From Carcharhinus amblyrhynchos (Eukaryota): 64,000 nucleotides of DNA. The DNA lies in contig OZ336880.1 in NCBI GenBank assembly GCA_965287045.1, forward strand, positions 46,624,001 to 46,688,000. The letters run 5' to 3'. Below are positions 1 through 13,984 of the stretch, piece after piece; position 1 is the stretch's first letter, and each line of letters opens with the position of its first letter. The position numbers and the translations under genes are program-made. The notes under the pieces are model-generated. The model had not been told where the DNA came from. It saw only the letters and a program-made list of their open reading frames with translations, and did not search any database.

Positions 1-1149
1 TGTTGAGGTTGCATTCGGATGTTGACATTGTGAGCAGAGATCAGGGGTTGCAACTGGATGGGGGACAGGCAATGTTGCAATTGGAGAGCTGAGATCAGAC
101 TCAGAGAGACGAGCAGCAGCTGGCAGCCACAGTGGTCCACGTAGCTTGAATGTGGAGCGTAGCCCTGTCTCTCTCGGTTCCATTTTCAGTTATGTATATT
201 TTAAAATGTTTCCTTTTAGTCAGCAGCCCACAGCCATCTCTTTAAGGACCGCCTGTTACACCACATATGGACCTGGTTTTCCTGAACAAAGCGGCACCAG
301 TGCTCGCTGCCTCAAGGCAATCTACATCATGCAGAGGGAGCCTCAAACAGTCATAATGCTCCTTATTTGCATATGTAAAGAAAATATTTTAGGCGTGAGC
401 TTTTTTTTATATATACCAATAAGCTGGGTGGCACACTTCCGGCTTGTAATAGGCATGCACTTCCTGGCTGTCATATCTGGGACTTAATCACTAGAAAAAC
501 AGGGACAGTGCCATCAAATGTTTGTGTCCTGGCCCTGAACAGATAAGTCCTTATTTCTCTTAAGGCTCCGTAGGGTAAAGTCTGTTCCATTTCCCAGCTG
601 ACTCCTTCCACCCTTGACTTAGCTACCATTGTGTGCCAATCCTCAGCAAACCTACTGCATTCCACTCTCAATAATAAACTATGTTCCATTTCTCCCTGTT
701 TTTTTTCCCCCATTTCTCAATTAAATAGAGACCATCGGATATCTATATAAAAAAGTCGTATTTTACAAAATTTCAATTCTTTTTTAAAAATCTCAACGAT
801 GACTGATCATAAGCTAGTCTTGGGGTGGGGAGGGCAGGGTTTGGTACAAGATAAGGCCCCACGTTCACACTGCTTTAGAAGCCATAATGCTTTCACAGAT
901 GATGTCACGGAGCAACATAAGGAATATACGATGCCTTCATAAACTTTTGAAATTAATGTATCCCCAATTATGCAATGACTTTATAAAATAGATCGGGATT
1001 CTGAAATAACAATTTTAAAAAGTGCTTACATTTTCCTTGCCCTTTGTTAATATGATTTTGGTCAAGTTTAGTTAAAAATTTGTGTAATAATTGAAAATTT
1101 TTGCAGCAGCATATACTACAACAAAAATAACTGACTGTGAAGATATAGG

Positions 1150-2330
1150 TAATAACAAGCTATTCCAATTGTTAGAAAATCAGTAGGTAGTATTCTTCAT
1201 TTTGCTGCCTTTTTTTCTTATTAGATAAATCAATACCATACTTTATTGCAAAAAGCCAAAGACAGAAACAAAAACAGCCACCCAGAATAAGTAAAAGCTA
1301 TCTCATTATTTGTGACTTAAAAAAAAACAACTAGGGCACATTTCACAATCAATTGTGAGACCAAATGCATTTTTCTGAATAGAAAATTAACACACTTTCA
1401 AAGCAGGCGACTTGAAACAGAGAAGGTGCCAACTGCAGTTTGAGGGTATCTGAATGTGGTATATGCTGGTTTATGGTAAAGAGTTAACTTGTAGACAAAA
1501 AAGGAAGGGAGGTCGGCACCCAGCAGCCACTTGAATGTGAGTTTTTTTTTGTTTCCCTTGATGCATACCGAGCTCTCCGTTATTAGTCTTAATGATGGAA
1601 AATTGTAGTGTTGATACAAATCTTTTTTTTAAAGCAATGGGCGGGAGCTCCATTTGTTACTAAGTTCTTTGTGACTGAAAGCCATGGATTGTACATCTAC
1701 TGCAGAAAAGGCTGGATGCTCTTTCCATAGCACAGCTAATTACTCCCACTGTGACCTTGCTGATCTGCAATGTCCCCCCCTACATCTCATCTACACGCCT
1801 GCTTCTGTGTGTGCATGGTGTCAGAGAATATGAAAAACCATATAATGAAAGCAGTTTCATGATGGATAAAAGGCTACTGGAGTTGCACTTGGTACAAAGG
1901 AGGTTCAATTATATGAGTAATTGTGATAATTTAGCCCATTCATAGACCCTTACTTGATCAAGAATGAGACTCACAAAGGAAAATTACTTTAACAGGAAAG
2001 TAGGGAGAGGGGGGATGAAGAGGGAAGGAGGGGGAGAGGGGCTGCAGAGAGAAAAACAAGATGGAACAAGAAAATAGATATACAGAGGGAAGGAGAACCA
2101 GACACAGTACAACAGAGATGTGATAAAAGCTGACATGCAGCTGTGTTACACAATTAAATTCAATTTTTTTTAAGCAATTGATGAATGCAACTACTGCAAA
2201 TGTGCCTCAGTTAGCTATCATTTGTTGTTCCGTGACAGGAAAAGGATAATTACCTCTCAAAGTGAATCAAAAGACTGACATGCCCTTTAGACACAGTCAT
2301 GAATGCAGAGCTCGATAGAATGCTTGAATA
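1150..2330. promoter_or_regulatory. Candidate orthologue of the Dlx1/Dlx2 forebrain enhancer URE2 in METAP1D intron 6
   Basis: Position 1-2 kb past exon 6 matches the known URE2 location. No recognisable TE. Motifs: TAATTA (1737, 2247), TAAT cluster 1900-1937, E-box CAGCTG (2138), TGACAG (2233), palindromic TCACAAT-ca-ATTGTGA (1343-1358). Boundaries approximate; no alignment was possible. Confidence 0.6.
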
Positions 2331-3213
2331 AGAATTCTGGAGCTTTCTTTTCCTTTATCACTGAACAAATTTTGTTAGATATAATGTAAGAACACCACCA
2401 GCAGATGCATTAAACCCTGGGAGTTCTAAGACACTAAGTAGCTTTATCTTTTAACTCTTCCAATCTGTAAAATAAAGCTGCATTTGCATTTAATTTCTAT
2501 TCTATCTGAGAATAGTTTTATATAGGCTAAATTTCTTTCTCTCAGGAGTGGCTTGATCTAGCAGATGCTGTGGCAGATTAAATTTTAATAACTGTAATAA
2601 CATACACCCACTGTATGCTACCAGAACCCATACAAGACATTCATTTGTAACAACATGAAATTCCCAATCATACTGTTATTGGAACAAATGAAAATCAAAT
2701 TAACATAACTGATGCTGCTGTAAATTTCCTCGTGTTTTATTATGAAAGATCAGACTAATAGTACAATTCTCAATTATTTTGTTTTAAATAATTCCCCATT
2801 TGACGCTTTCTAAAAAAAACATGTTTGTAGCTGCTCTCCATTAAATGGTAAGAATGTAATATTCAGAAATTATATGTCCTACAGGCTTTATTTGACTTTA
2901 CACAGTACCCAGATGTCTTTTCAGAGTTTTTTTTGGTTTAGAGAAGCACAAAATATATACACACAAGCATTGAAAACTAAACAGTAGGTAAGTGCAAGGT
3001 ACCTTATACACCTCCTACTCTTGCTATACAGACTGAGTCACTTTAGGTAATCTTCCTTGCTCAGGGAATAACATTATTGTCTGGCAGTTCAAATACTCCT
3101 ATCAGACTGAAACGATGACCTCGTGTCATAAAACATGTTATCAACTTTATTCCACACCACCAATAACCTCTGTCCCATTAGATTTCCCCCATGCCTGTCA
3201 GTACAAGACTTAC

Positions 3214-3377
3214 CTGATTGTATTTCCAATTACATTCAGCGGTGCTCCTGGCCTACAAACAGCAATTGCTTCATTTCTGCATCTTCTGGCAACCTCCACC
3301 AGCTTTTGCCCCGATTTATCCACATTTCCGACCAAGAATGTTTCAGAGGTGTCACCGTGGTATCCATTGAAATACAC
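3214..3377 (-). CDS. METAP1D: METAP1D coding exon 6 (164 bp)
   Basis: gaaAG|GTGTAT...ATCAG|GTaagt. Translates VYFNGYHGDTSETFLVGNVDKSGQKLVEVARRCRNEAIAVCRPGAPLNVIGNTI(S), with the GYHGDTS MetAP motif. Confidence 0.97.
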
Positions 3378-4732
3378 CTTTCAACCAAAAATCAATATTG
3401 AGCAAAAATAAGCTTCTGTTAATTTATTTTTAAATGAACATTTAAGGATTTATAAACACAATGATGGATTTAAACATGGCTCAAAGTAATAACTTTCAAG
3501 AAGGATGGAAACGTCATTTAAAGACTGACATAGTCAGATTTACAAGAGACAGAAAGTCAGCTATATTATTCCCATCTCTACACATTGCCCACTACTCTTT
3601 CCTCCTGAATTCCCAGGGTATTCAGTTATTACTTCTATGGTCAGTTTTCAATGATTTATAGAAATATACAGAGCTTGATATTGTTTCACTGAATGAATGA
3701 GAAATGTAGCACACGTGTCAAATTATTCTCTGTACATATATACCCTTTTCTCTGCACATGTGTATCCTATAGAATTATTTATTACACTTTGTATCGCTTT
3801 TTTTTAAACATAAATTTTAACTTCAGGTAATTTAACCCAAGATGTTTCAGCCTAAGTGTCCGTGACAATAAATAATTGTGAAACAAAAGGCAATCAATTC
3901 ATTTTCTGTCATGTAAATGCACTGGCTGTATGGTGCAAAACAATTGTGTTTATATCATCTTGGAATTTTAAAACTAATTTTAACAACACATTAAAATGAA
4001 AAGGGAAAGATGAAGTTATGTAACAGGATAGATTTAATATTGCCATCTAAGTGTTTATTCTAAAGAAAAATGCAAGAGATCAAGTTAAGAAAATTGGGTT
4101 TTTTTTATTTATCTTCTGAGTCCAATCTACACATAATTATAATTGCATTACACTTGGAGCAGGGTGGCTCAATCAGATTTTAATAAACAAGGAAGATATT
4201 GGTAGCAACAGTATTACTGTCCTAGGAGACTGACACATACAAGCTATGGCTGTCACTGAAGCCTATAATGACAGAGTATGATAATCACAGACCCCACTCA
4301 GAATCAGCAGGAACAGGAAGATCAAACTCTGCAGAGTGAAGGGAAAAATGCCAGGCTTCTGCACATTAGCTCATCTCTCACATTCATCCAAAGAAGCCTC
4401 CCAACACTGCAGTGCTCTGCATTAACTACACAGTGGATCAATAACAATTACACCTTCTCAAGGGGACGACATGTAGCAGGATTGAGATGACATATCACTC
4501 TGCCTTGCATTGATCTCAGTGCATCTAACCTCATCCCCAAAATTTTAGGCAAACCTGGCTCGAACAGGAATAAATAGAAAGGAAGAGGAAGGGGAAGCAG
4601 CTGCTCTTTCTTGCCCAGAAGTGAATTATATGCCCATCTGTACATTTCACATTCTCATCCAGAGTTTTTCCTGTTGCTGCTGGGGATCAAAATGCTGATC
4701 AAAGCCTCATTAGTTTCCGACAAAATACTTAC

Positions 4733-4775
4733 TGTGACATCAATGTTGATAATGTCTCCACTTTGAAGGGGCTGA
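4733..4775 (-). CDS. METAP1D: METAP1D coding exon 5 (43 bp)
   Basis: tttctAG|T CAG CCC...GTC ACA|GTaagt. Translates (S)QPLQSGDIINIDVT with the metal-binding Asp. Phase fits exons 4 and 6. Confidence 0.95.
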
Positions 4776-6929
4776 CTAGAAAGATAAACATTAAGAAACC
4801 ATAAGAGAAAATTTTGTACAAATCAGCATAATAAACAGGTTAATGGTAGTAGATTAGAATAGCCCAGCAATTATTTATATTGAATGACTACATTAAATTG
4901 TAAGAAAATCAAGTGATACTAAAAAACAGTACAAACTCTGACTTTTTCTTTGGTACTTCATTAAAGGAACAATTTTCTGCGGTATGGCTGTACATATATT
5001 AGTTATATTCAGACTTGCAGCTCTGAAAAGTAGTCTGAATACGCCATTCATGCCAGCACTGCAAAAATATACAGATTTGTTCAAAAGTCTGCACTAAGCT
5101 TTATGAAAATAATATCACTGAAGAAAAATACAGAGTAGAAATGTTAAATATAAGCATTTTATCTGTGCTTTGGAACCTTACGTTACAGTTAAAGAATGAA
5201 TTAAATGAAAGGAATTAAAAGTAAGTTAAGCAGTACTTCACAAACATTGATCTTTCTGATTATTCAGAGCTCCTTTCAGATTATTACAATACATTTCTAA
5301 CACAGTGGAAACTATCAATAAGTTTATATTGTATTCTGCTTGGTGACAAAACACTGAAAATTGAGTAAAATTATAATTATGTGTTTCCTCCTCTCAAGCT
5401 GCACATAGCTCTGATGAATCCACTGAACATCCAATTTACATATATTAAAATCATATAATGCTTCCAAAACTGAAAAATTAGAAGCAAAAAAAAATCAAGC
5501 AACCACTGTCAGTCTGTTGCCCTTACAGTTGAGGTTCACAGTTCATACCAGCAAAGAAGCAGCAATGGCAGAGGACAATATTCACAATTTATATTAAGAC
5601 CACAGTGCTGCCACATACATGAGGAAGATTAAGTTCGGTCAAGGAAGCAAGCTTTATTTGGGTAATAACAAACTATTCTCATATTATGCCTCGAAATGCT
5701 CCCAATCATTAATCCTTCCAGATTACTGGCATATTTTTCCTAGTCACCGATAAACGTGAACAGATTTAATCAATTTCAGGCAGACCACCAGAGGAATAAA
5801 TTTATTTTAGGAACTAGCCCTGCAGTATAGCTGAAAACTGGGAATTTTTGCCATAGATAGGAGTTTGTAATGGAATATACGAACATTGATAAACAGAAAA
5901 AGGTTCTTTGTCAACTTTTGTGAAAATTCTGCTCTGAATTGACCAATGGTCAGGTGCGTTTCTCCCCAGAGAAATAAGCAGGTTTTTCTGTCCAGATCCC
6001 CCCACACTTTGCCATTTTAAAATAGAGCAGCATGTTTTATGCCATCACTGAGAGGGGCATGTCCTAAAGACGATAGCAAACCCTGCTCCACGGAGATCAG
6101 GACCCTTTGTAAATAGGTGCCCTGATTTCAAAGCCACGTTAAAGACCTCTCTCCCCCATCATCGCTGGCATCATGATCCCCCCACCATTCAAACTGCGTG
6201 CATGGGTCTTTGAATCATTGACCCCTCTATCCTTCTGCCTGACGCCTGGACTTCAGGGCATCAGTATCCCCCGCTTCCACTGTAGGCCCCATCCCCTGGC
6301 ACTGCTAGGGGGCAATGCCCTTTGTCCCTGACCACCCATTTGCTACACTGGTCTCTGAGCCCAAGGTACAGTCAACATGTCTGGAGACCAGTAGTGACTC
6401 CAGCTGGCATTATATCACGCCAGCAAGTGGAAACAAATGACATTCCCAGAAGATACAGCAATAAGCTGGTTTTGAATAATTAATGAATGGCAATCAGGTT
6501 CACGCCCTCTCTGTGTGTGAAGCTGATGATGTCACCAGCAGAGGCTGGGAAGATCTCATTTTGTGATCTCTCCAACACAAATCCTGTTATGACCCTCTCC
6601 CGAGGGTTTTCGGCCATAAGGAGATTTGCACCTGTGTTGAATGGCACCAGAAAGTTGCTTCCTCATTGTCTCACACAACTGCAATATCTTGCATTCATAA
6701 TATATAGACTGTCCACTAGACTAAAAGCATGTGATTTCCAGGGACTAAGAGTGTTACCAACTCAGGCTGAATACATTCCTGGAGGTTTCATCACATCCCC
6801 TCCTGTTAATAATTGCCCCACCCCACAAACGCCTGACACTGGTCACCCTACACATCCATCCTTGTGGTACATCACTTTCCCACTAAAGACGATGGTTCTA
6901 TTTAAGTAAAATTTGCTTGTTCTGTATCT

Positions 6930-7110
6930 GCATACCTTTCCCCCCCCCGACTATTCCCTTAAATGAGTACTGGAAGGAATGTCAGGCCAATTAACAACCT
7001 GTTAAACTGCACAACATATGCTTAGTCCACAGCTAACATGTTCTGGAGTAGGGTTTGAACCCAGAGCTTCAGCCTTAGAGGCGGAGCATTATCCATCCAG
7101 TCCCATAACC
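6930..7110 (-). mobile_element. Degenerate tRNA-head/DeuSINE-like SINE fragment
   Basis: Minus strand B-box-like GGGTTCAAACCC followed by a degenerate CAGTACT Deu-like segment. Confidence 0.4.
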
Positions 7111-7761
7111 TCTTACACACACAATATTTATGAAGTGAGAGAAGGAAGATAAATGTAAAGATGAAAAATCCCAGAAACAACTGGATGCATACAACTGGTG
7201 CAGCAGAAACAAAAGGTTAATGCTTAAGTGGAAAATTTTCACTCAAACATTCGGGTGATAACAACATATCTTTATGTTAAAGCTGCCATATCACGGAAAT
7301 AAAAGGTCCCCATACAAACTGATGACTTATTTTTTCTCTTTACAGATACTGGCACAGTTGTGATGTTTTCCCTGCAAATGTTGTCTTCGTTTACATATTT
7401 CTTTTTCTAATAATGAAACTAAATACTGTAATTTATGGTTTATCAGGCAATTTGGCATATACGATGACCTCATTTCTCAGGCCCCAAAAATTATGTATCG
7501 GTGTGCACTTGGCGTAAGTTCTTTTCAGCCATGATATGCATTAGTGGTCAAACTCAATCTTCCATCCCACAAATACATCTTTTACTTACTGGTATCTTAT
7601 AACCTGGCACAAGGGATCAAACAGGTAATACGGGCTGTGTTTCAAGAATGTGTGGGATTTTAAGGCACACCTACTCTTTGCAATGGATGTCAATGACCTT
7701 TCAAAATCCCCCACACCTCTGGTTCACTTTCATATTTGCCGTGTAGGCTGATTCCCATTTT

Positions 7762-8060
7762 TCATAGAATCCCTACAGTGCAGAAAGAGGCTATTCAGTC
7801 AATCGAGTCTGCACCAACCACAGTCCCACCCAGGGCTTATTTCTGTAACCCCACATATTTACCCTGCTAATCCCCTGACACTAGGGTCAATTTAGCATGG
7901 CCAATCAATCTAACCCACACATCTTTGGGAGGAAACTGGAGCACCCGGAGGAAACCCACGCAGACACAGGGAGAATGTGCAAACTTCACACAGACAGTCA
8001 TTTGAGGCCAGAATCAAACCTGGGTCTCTGACGCTGTGAGGCAGCAGTGCTAGCCGCCCC
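7762..8060 (-). mobile_element. HE1/V-SINE-type SINE with CR1(HER1)-derived tail
   Basis: tRNA-like head, V-domain (..GGGTTTCCTCCGGGTGCTCCAGTTTCCTCCC..) and tail ending GATTCTATGA on the minus strand. Confidence 0.9.
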
Positions 8061-8191
8061 AAAGAGATTTAAGGCTTTAAGAGTCAACTTGTGTGCCAGT
8101 GATTTACATGTTAATATTGATGGGGAACACAATGTTTAGACCTTCAGTGCTTTCAGAAATCCAAGAATAAGATTAATTGAATAAACCATAC

Positions 8192-8340
8192 CTGTCAGGT
8201 ATGCCATGACATACCACATTGTTCACAGAGGTGCAAACAGACTTTGGAAATCCTCCATAGCCCAATGGTGATGGGTATGCATTATTTCTGATTGTTTCAT
8301 GATGAACAATGTAATCCAATTGCTCAGTTGTCATGCCAAC
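8192..8340 (-). CDS. METAP1D: METAP1D coding exon 4 (149 bp)
   Basis: ttttttAG|...GACAG|GTatgg. Translates [49 protein letters not shown](S), containing the type I MetAP motif. Confidence 0.97.
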
Positions 8341-9481
8341 CTAAAAAAGTAAAAAATAATACAATGGAGGAAATGCCACTATCAATGTTCTGTATTTTAA
8401 CATATGCCTTCTATTAACAAAAGCCAGGAAAAATACAAAAACTGATTAAGCTTTAGCTTCTTATTGCCCTAATAAATTGGGTTTTATCATAGTAGACTGG
8501 TTTAAAGGAGGATACAAAATGCAGCTGGTCTTATTAACTATAGTAATAAACTATGTATTGTGTGCTTCTCAGTTATATGTACCTAAGTAGAAATGTGAAT
8601 CTGCAAACCAATATTGGCTTCAGTCTGAAATGACGCAGAAGCGCTCAAAATTATAGAATCCTAGTTTCTTTATTATATGTGACATGCTGACAGTTATTAT
8701 GACATTATAAAGTGTTAAAACAATTATATTACAATGGAATTGACACTAAAACTCAAACTGAACCACAGTATTGTGAAAACTAGATATACTTAGTCCAGAA
8801 TGCTGAATTTAGAATTTGAGAAATGTTTCTTGTACGGTTTGATGTAAATATTTTTCCCTCAAGTTGTGACTTTACCTGAAAATCTTTAGTTAAGCAGTCA
8901 GATGAAGATAGTTTAGAAAATTGAAATATCAAATTAATTTCTACTTAAATATTAGTGATTAGAACACAATATCCGACCAAAATAATGAAACTGAAGGTGT
9001 GTGTTATATGATGATGTGCCACCATTTGATTTTCCACTTAGATTTGAATTATGCCAAGCAATTACTGGAGTAATAAAAGCTTAAAAACTGTACACTAATT
9101 CTTATTTGGCACAATTTGTAATTTCAAAGAAAAAAATGAAGTGAGCACCAATGTCCTTTATGAAACTTTTAAAAATGTGTTCTTGCTTTATAATCAAATG
9201 TCTGTAAGAAAAATGAAAGTAGTTAACTTTTGCTATTCATCTAGAAACTACTGAAATACTATTCCATTATTAGTGAAGTCTGTACTTGTTTTGTAACTTG
9301 AAACCTTTCAAAATAATTTAACTGCAAATTAAATGAATGGTTAAAACATTAGAACAAGTTTGTTAAGTCAAAATATCTAACTGCCACAATTATAATAATG
9401 ACAGAGAAATGGGGCATGAAGACACAGGCAAAATTGTTAAAATAGTTCTTTTCAGTTAACCTTTTCAACAACAAACATTAC

Positions 9482-9631
9482 CTTTAAACTCTTTCCAGCC
9501 AAGAGGAGGATCTGGCGAGCCAACTGACAGGCTTGTTGAAGACCCTGAATCTGATCTTCATCTTTAATTTCGATGTAGTCTCCCCAGTCTGGTATAATGC
9601 CTGTCGTCACATAGTCTGGCTTCTTTATGTG
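9482..9631 (-). CDS. METAP1D: METAP1D coding exon 3 (150 bp)
   Basis: ttttcaAG|...TTTAAAG|GTaatg. Translates HIKKPDYVTTGIIPDWGDYIEIKDEDQIQGLQQACQLARQILLLAGKSLK, nearly identical to vertebrate METAP1D. Confidence 0.97.
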
Positions 9632-10697
9632 CTTGAAAAAAAGATTGAAAATGAAGATGAGAAAACTGGAGCGTGACAATGGGATCATTTTCTCAAAAAG
9701 AGACTCCTGCTTCATGGCAGTTTGCCCTGAGTGTTACAGTGTCGACCCTTCCTGAGTCATCAGACAAACCCCAAGGCTGCTGCAATATTTCTTCAAATGC
9801 CCTTTTGAACTTAACATTGCCAACTTCTAAGTTCTTAGGAACACTGTTAACTCAAAGGACTAACCCGAGTAACAGCTTGCTGTTTTGTAGCCCCTGACTG
9901 AACATCTCTAACGTCACAAATTCATGACTGAAATTACTGAATTTTGTTTAAAAGGAACAGCTTGTTTACCAGCTGAAACAAAACTGGTGCAACATTTACT
10001 AACTTTAATGAAGCACATAGCCTTCTTTTAATCTACATTTCCTTTTGGCAAAATGAATTATTCATTGTCAATTTAATCTACTGAGCACAAATACCTAAAC
10101 ATGAAAGCATGCCTAGGCTTTCTGGCTCAAAGGCCTAAGTTCTACTGAAGGCAGACCTGTCTTAAATGTGGATATTACTTATAGTAAACATAATGACAAT
10201 TAGGAAACATGCAAAATTCATAGAACATATATATTCTGAAAAGTAAAATTACAACATAGGTAATATGGTGTAGATCTTAGTTATAAGAGCTTATTGAATC
10301 ACAAGTGTGCCGTACATAATTATGACTAATATAGCAAAGATGTACTTATTTTTTACCCAATAACTGCTTAAATAGTATGCATTTAATTCATCTTCACATT
10401 AATATAACTAGGTGTCTGAATGAAATTTAGTAATGAGTAAAATTTGATTCACTTTTGTACTACACCATGAACTTGTCTTTAAAACTGTTAAATTATATAA
10501 AATCCACTATTCCTGCCTAATGTCTGAGCTCTGAACCCTTTCTTGACCTTACCCACAATTACCTATTGAGTCTTCTTCATTATTTCTGCTTAACTTGTCA
10601 CAGCTCTCATTTCACCTTAACCTCTCTCACAGGTAATCACAAAAATCAGCAGGGAGTCTTGTTGAAAGAATGATACTGTAAGTCAATAGCGGTATAC

Positions 10698-10858
10698 CTT
10701 GGGTACGGGGTAAGATGGTCCAACAATAGCCGGATGCACAACACGGTAGGAGGTGCGTTGCCAAAAGATACATCTTATAAGTTGAACCCCAAATGGTTTG
10801 AGCTTGTGTGCAGTGGTGAATTGCGATGAGGAAATTCTGCAGCAGGCAGTCACATATT
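10698..10858 (-). CDS. METAP1D: METAP1D coding exon 2 (161 bp; probable mitochondrial transit region to start of conserved domain)
   Basis: Minus strand acceptor tttgtttccatAG and donor CCCAAG|GTatac. Phase-1 start. Translates ..YVTACCRISSSQFTTAHKLKPFGVQLIRCIFWQRTSYRVVHPAIVGPSYPVPK, resembling human ..SIVLPAAVSSAHPVPK, and joins exon 3 in frame. The 5' boundary is less certain than the 3' boundary. Confidence 0.85.
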
Positions 10859-11530
10859 CTATGGAAACAAAGTCAAATTGCTTCCAGTTAAATAAAAGTT
10901 GTATTTTTTTAAAGAATGAAAACTTTATAGATATTAAAACATTGTGTAGCTCTTTGTTTCTCAAGAAAAGCAACTCATAGCAATGAAAGCACAGAAACAG
11001 ATCAATCAGTCCAGTAGATCCATGCTCGTGTTTCTATCTCTCACAAGCCTATCAAAGCTGATCTGTCCTATTAAATCAGTTGGTTAAATAATTTAGAATT
11101 GGAAAATAAGATAAAAGGTCCTGCAACCTTTAAACTAGTTATATAAATGTTTTGAAATGAGCTGCAGTTAACTGAGTTTTCAATAAATCAGATTTAAGAT
11201 CCCTATCTATTTTATGATATTTTCTTACCTATGCACTTACTAACTGATCTGTGTATGTGAACGCTCTCGGAATCAGTTCCTTTTTGTTTTACCTTCCTTC
11301 GTGTTTCATTGCTTCATTCAACGAAAACAATCATTTAGATTTTGTTTTATTCTTTGAAGGGGGCTAATATCATATATATGGTGTTTGTCAGCAAGTTTAT
11401 TGCTCAAGGCAAAATAAATGTAAGAATTGTAAGTTTTCTTTCCGGTTTGTTTTTGTGACAAATTTTCAAGTTTCCTATTAAGTACATAGTGGTAAGATAT
11501 AGACCTACAGTTTTCATTCAGGTGTGCCAT

Positions 11531-11533
<3 letters not shown>

Positions 11534-11591
<58 letters not shown>
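11534..11591. repeat. (CA)n microsatellite
   Basis: Uninterrupted CA run of about 29 units. Confidence 0.99.
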
Positions 11592-11593
<2 letters not shown>

Positions 11594-12131
11594 ACAATGT
11601 GCGAATCAGGTTTTCACCATCTTTTGTACTAGTTTTAAAAAATTATAGCAGAAGCTGATCCCACCCAGAAAACTGGCCACATCACTGATCAAATGAATCA
11701 CCACTGCAAGTTTCCGTTAATTGTGCCAGCTTGAAGCTCTTAGAAGAGGCTCTTAAAATGAAGCTAGTTCTTTGCAATTAAACTAACAGGCATATTTTAA
11801 AAATCTTTTTAACATTTATTATTTTTACTTCACTGAAAAACTCACCACTGTATATCAAGTTAACTAACAAATAGCTCTTATACTTCGATAAAGCCATTTT
11901 CCCCCAGTGGTGGACAAGGCACACAAATTGAGTTTATTGCAAAAAAAATTATTTTTAGCTGCGTTAAACTGCACCAAGTCACAAATCATAAAAATATCAA
12001 GGAACATCCTTCAGAGCAATTATTTTTAAAATTGCATTCTAAAATGCTGATCGTTCTGCTGGTTCATTGCAAATTTTATGATTGACAAAACACAAACGAA
12101 TTTGAGTGGAAACTTGAGGAAAAGAAACATT

Positions 12132-12266
12132 GGCCCAGATCCTCTGACCTTGCTACAACTGGGATTCTCCAGACCTGCTGCAGTGAACGGTGATTTGGCT
12201 GAGTGCCAAATTTTCCATTCTCACTGGCAGCGGCAGTGGGGTATGCATAGCTGAAGAATTCTGGCC
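12132..12266. mobile_element. Short MITE (Harbinger-type family)
   Basis: Ends GGCCCAGAT.../...AATTCTGGCC. Internal sequence matches the copy at 34605-34713. Confidence 0.6.
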
Positions 12267-13984
12267 ACAGTGCTCAAAAAGAGACGAGTTTTGGGTGTAA
12301 TTTCGACCTGGATCACCATATGAAAACTAACATTTGGTGCCCACATTTACATGCTGCCAGAGGATACTATATTTATAACACTCAAGCACCTGTCATGATT
12401 CTGCAACAGCCTTTGTATTTCATTCAGCACACAGCTCCCTTCAGTGTAGTAAGTGGAGAACAGTAAGAAAATAAATACCCAAAGTAACAGCTGAACATGC
12501 GTCATGTAGAACAACAAATATGTGGTATTCTAACAATTCAACTGACAATTAGCAAACTACTTGTATCTAAACCCTCTCCATTGGATCAATTTTCTTACTG
12601 CCTCTTGCATAACAATTAATCTATATAAGAAAAACTCTACCATTGACGGCCCATCCATGTAAAACAACCAAACCGTATCCGAACACTGCTGGTGCACAAG
12701 AAGTGAGGCTGCCTCAAGCTCTTTCTAAAAAAAAACTTTAAAAATCTACTTGTTCCCTTTCATTATTTTCACATTTTTTTCTCTGTTTTAGATCTTCTAG
12801 CATTATTTGTCCACATCAGACCAAAAGAGGAAGAACTGATCTGTGCCCAGGTTTGATCTTTGCCCTATAACTGAAGTAAACATTCTTCAAATTGAATTCT
12901 AAAATCTGGTATTGTATTTTTATTGGAGCATACTATGCTACAATCTGTACAATCAAATACCAAACCCTTATTTTGCGCTACTGCAAGTTTTGAAAAATAT
13001 TATTTCAGCTCAAAGCATTTTTATTTAGGTGCAACAGGACACACAGCTCCATAACTTCTTTCTACGCCATTCATTCAATAGATTAACTCTTTAATTCATT
13101 TATATTGATCAATGTAAAGTGGTGCTTTGGAAAGTCTCTACAATCCATGGAAATAAATCTATAATTCTTGAATGTTGGTTTTACTCAAAAGAAAGTTCAA
13201 ACAAAATTTCTCCTGCTGGCAGAATGTCTCATTGAGACTACATGATGGCTGGGCGTGAGTTATGCCTGTAACCACATACACTGCAGAATTTCTGATCCTA
13301 ATTGTCTTTCTGTGCAGAGTAGTTAGTACAGGATAGGTATTTTCTTTACTAAAGAAACGTCAGAAAGGGAAAAAGTCATGCTTACATGAGGTCCAGCTGG
13401 TCATTCACCCTTCCGTTTGACACAGAGGAAACACAGCGCATGGGGAGTTCATTATTTATTTCCTGCCATAATATTCCAATAATACCAGTATTAAATAAGT
13501 TAGTAATCTAGGGTGGAATCTTCTGCTGTCTTTGGTGGTGAGTTTGGAGATGGGAACAGCATAATTAGGCAGGTTGGTGGAACCCTGTTGCCTTCCCAGA
13601 ATGAAGCCATACGTGGGTAGGTCCAAGGGTGACACACCTGCCTCAACGTCTATTGAGGCCTTTAAGAGGCCAACCAATCAAACTAAGGGTCTCATTCTTT
13701 CACCTCTGATATTAATCCTGTAAACATTCAGTGCACATAACAAGTAAAACAATACAGCCAACTTGTCACCTCTGGGCTGGGGAGGAGGATGTCCCTGAAT
13801 CAAAAGCACTCAATGCCTTGACATTGGAAAGGGGGTGTCAGCTGAGAGGCGCCTCTCTGCCCTTGCATCCAACCCCTGTTACATGCTGTGAACCTGCCGC
13901 CGCCACCACCACCGCCACTACCATGCATATGAATTAGCCTTGGCCTGGGTCACCCAGCAATCCTAAGACTGGTGGCTGTTTTAC

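Noticed and set aside
11318-11587. ORF starting with (CV)n
   Set aside because: Artefact of the CA microsatellite.
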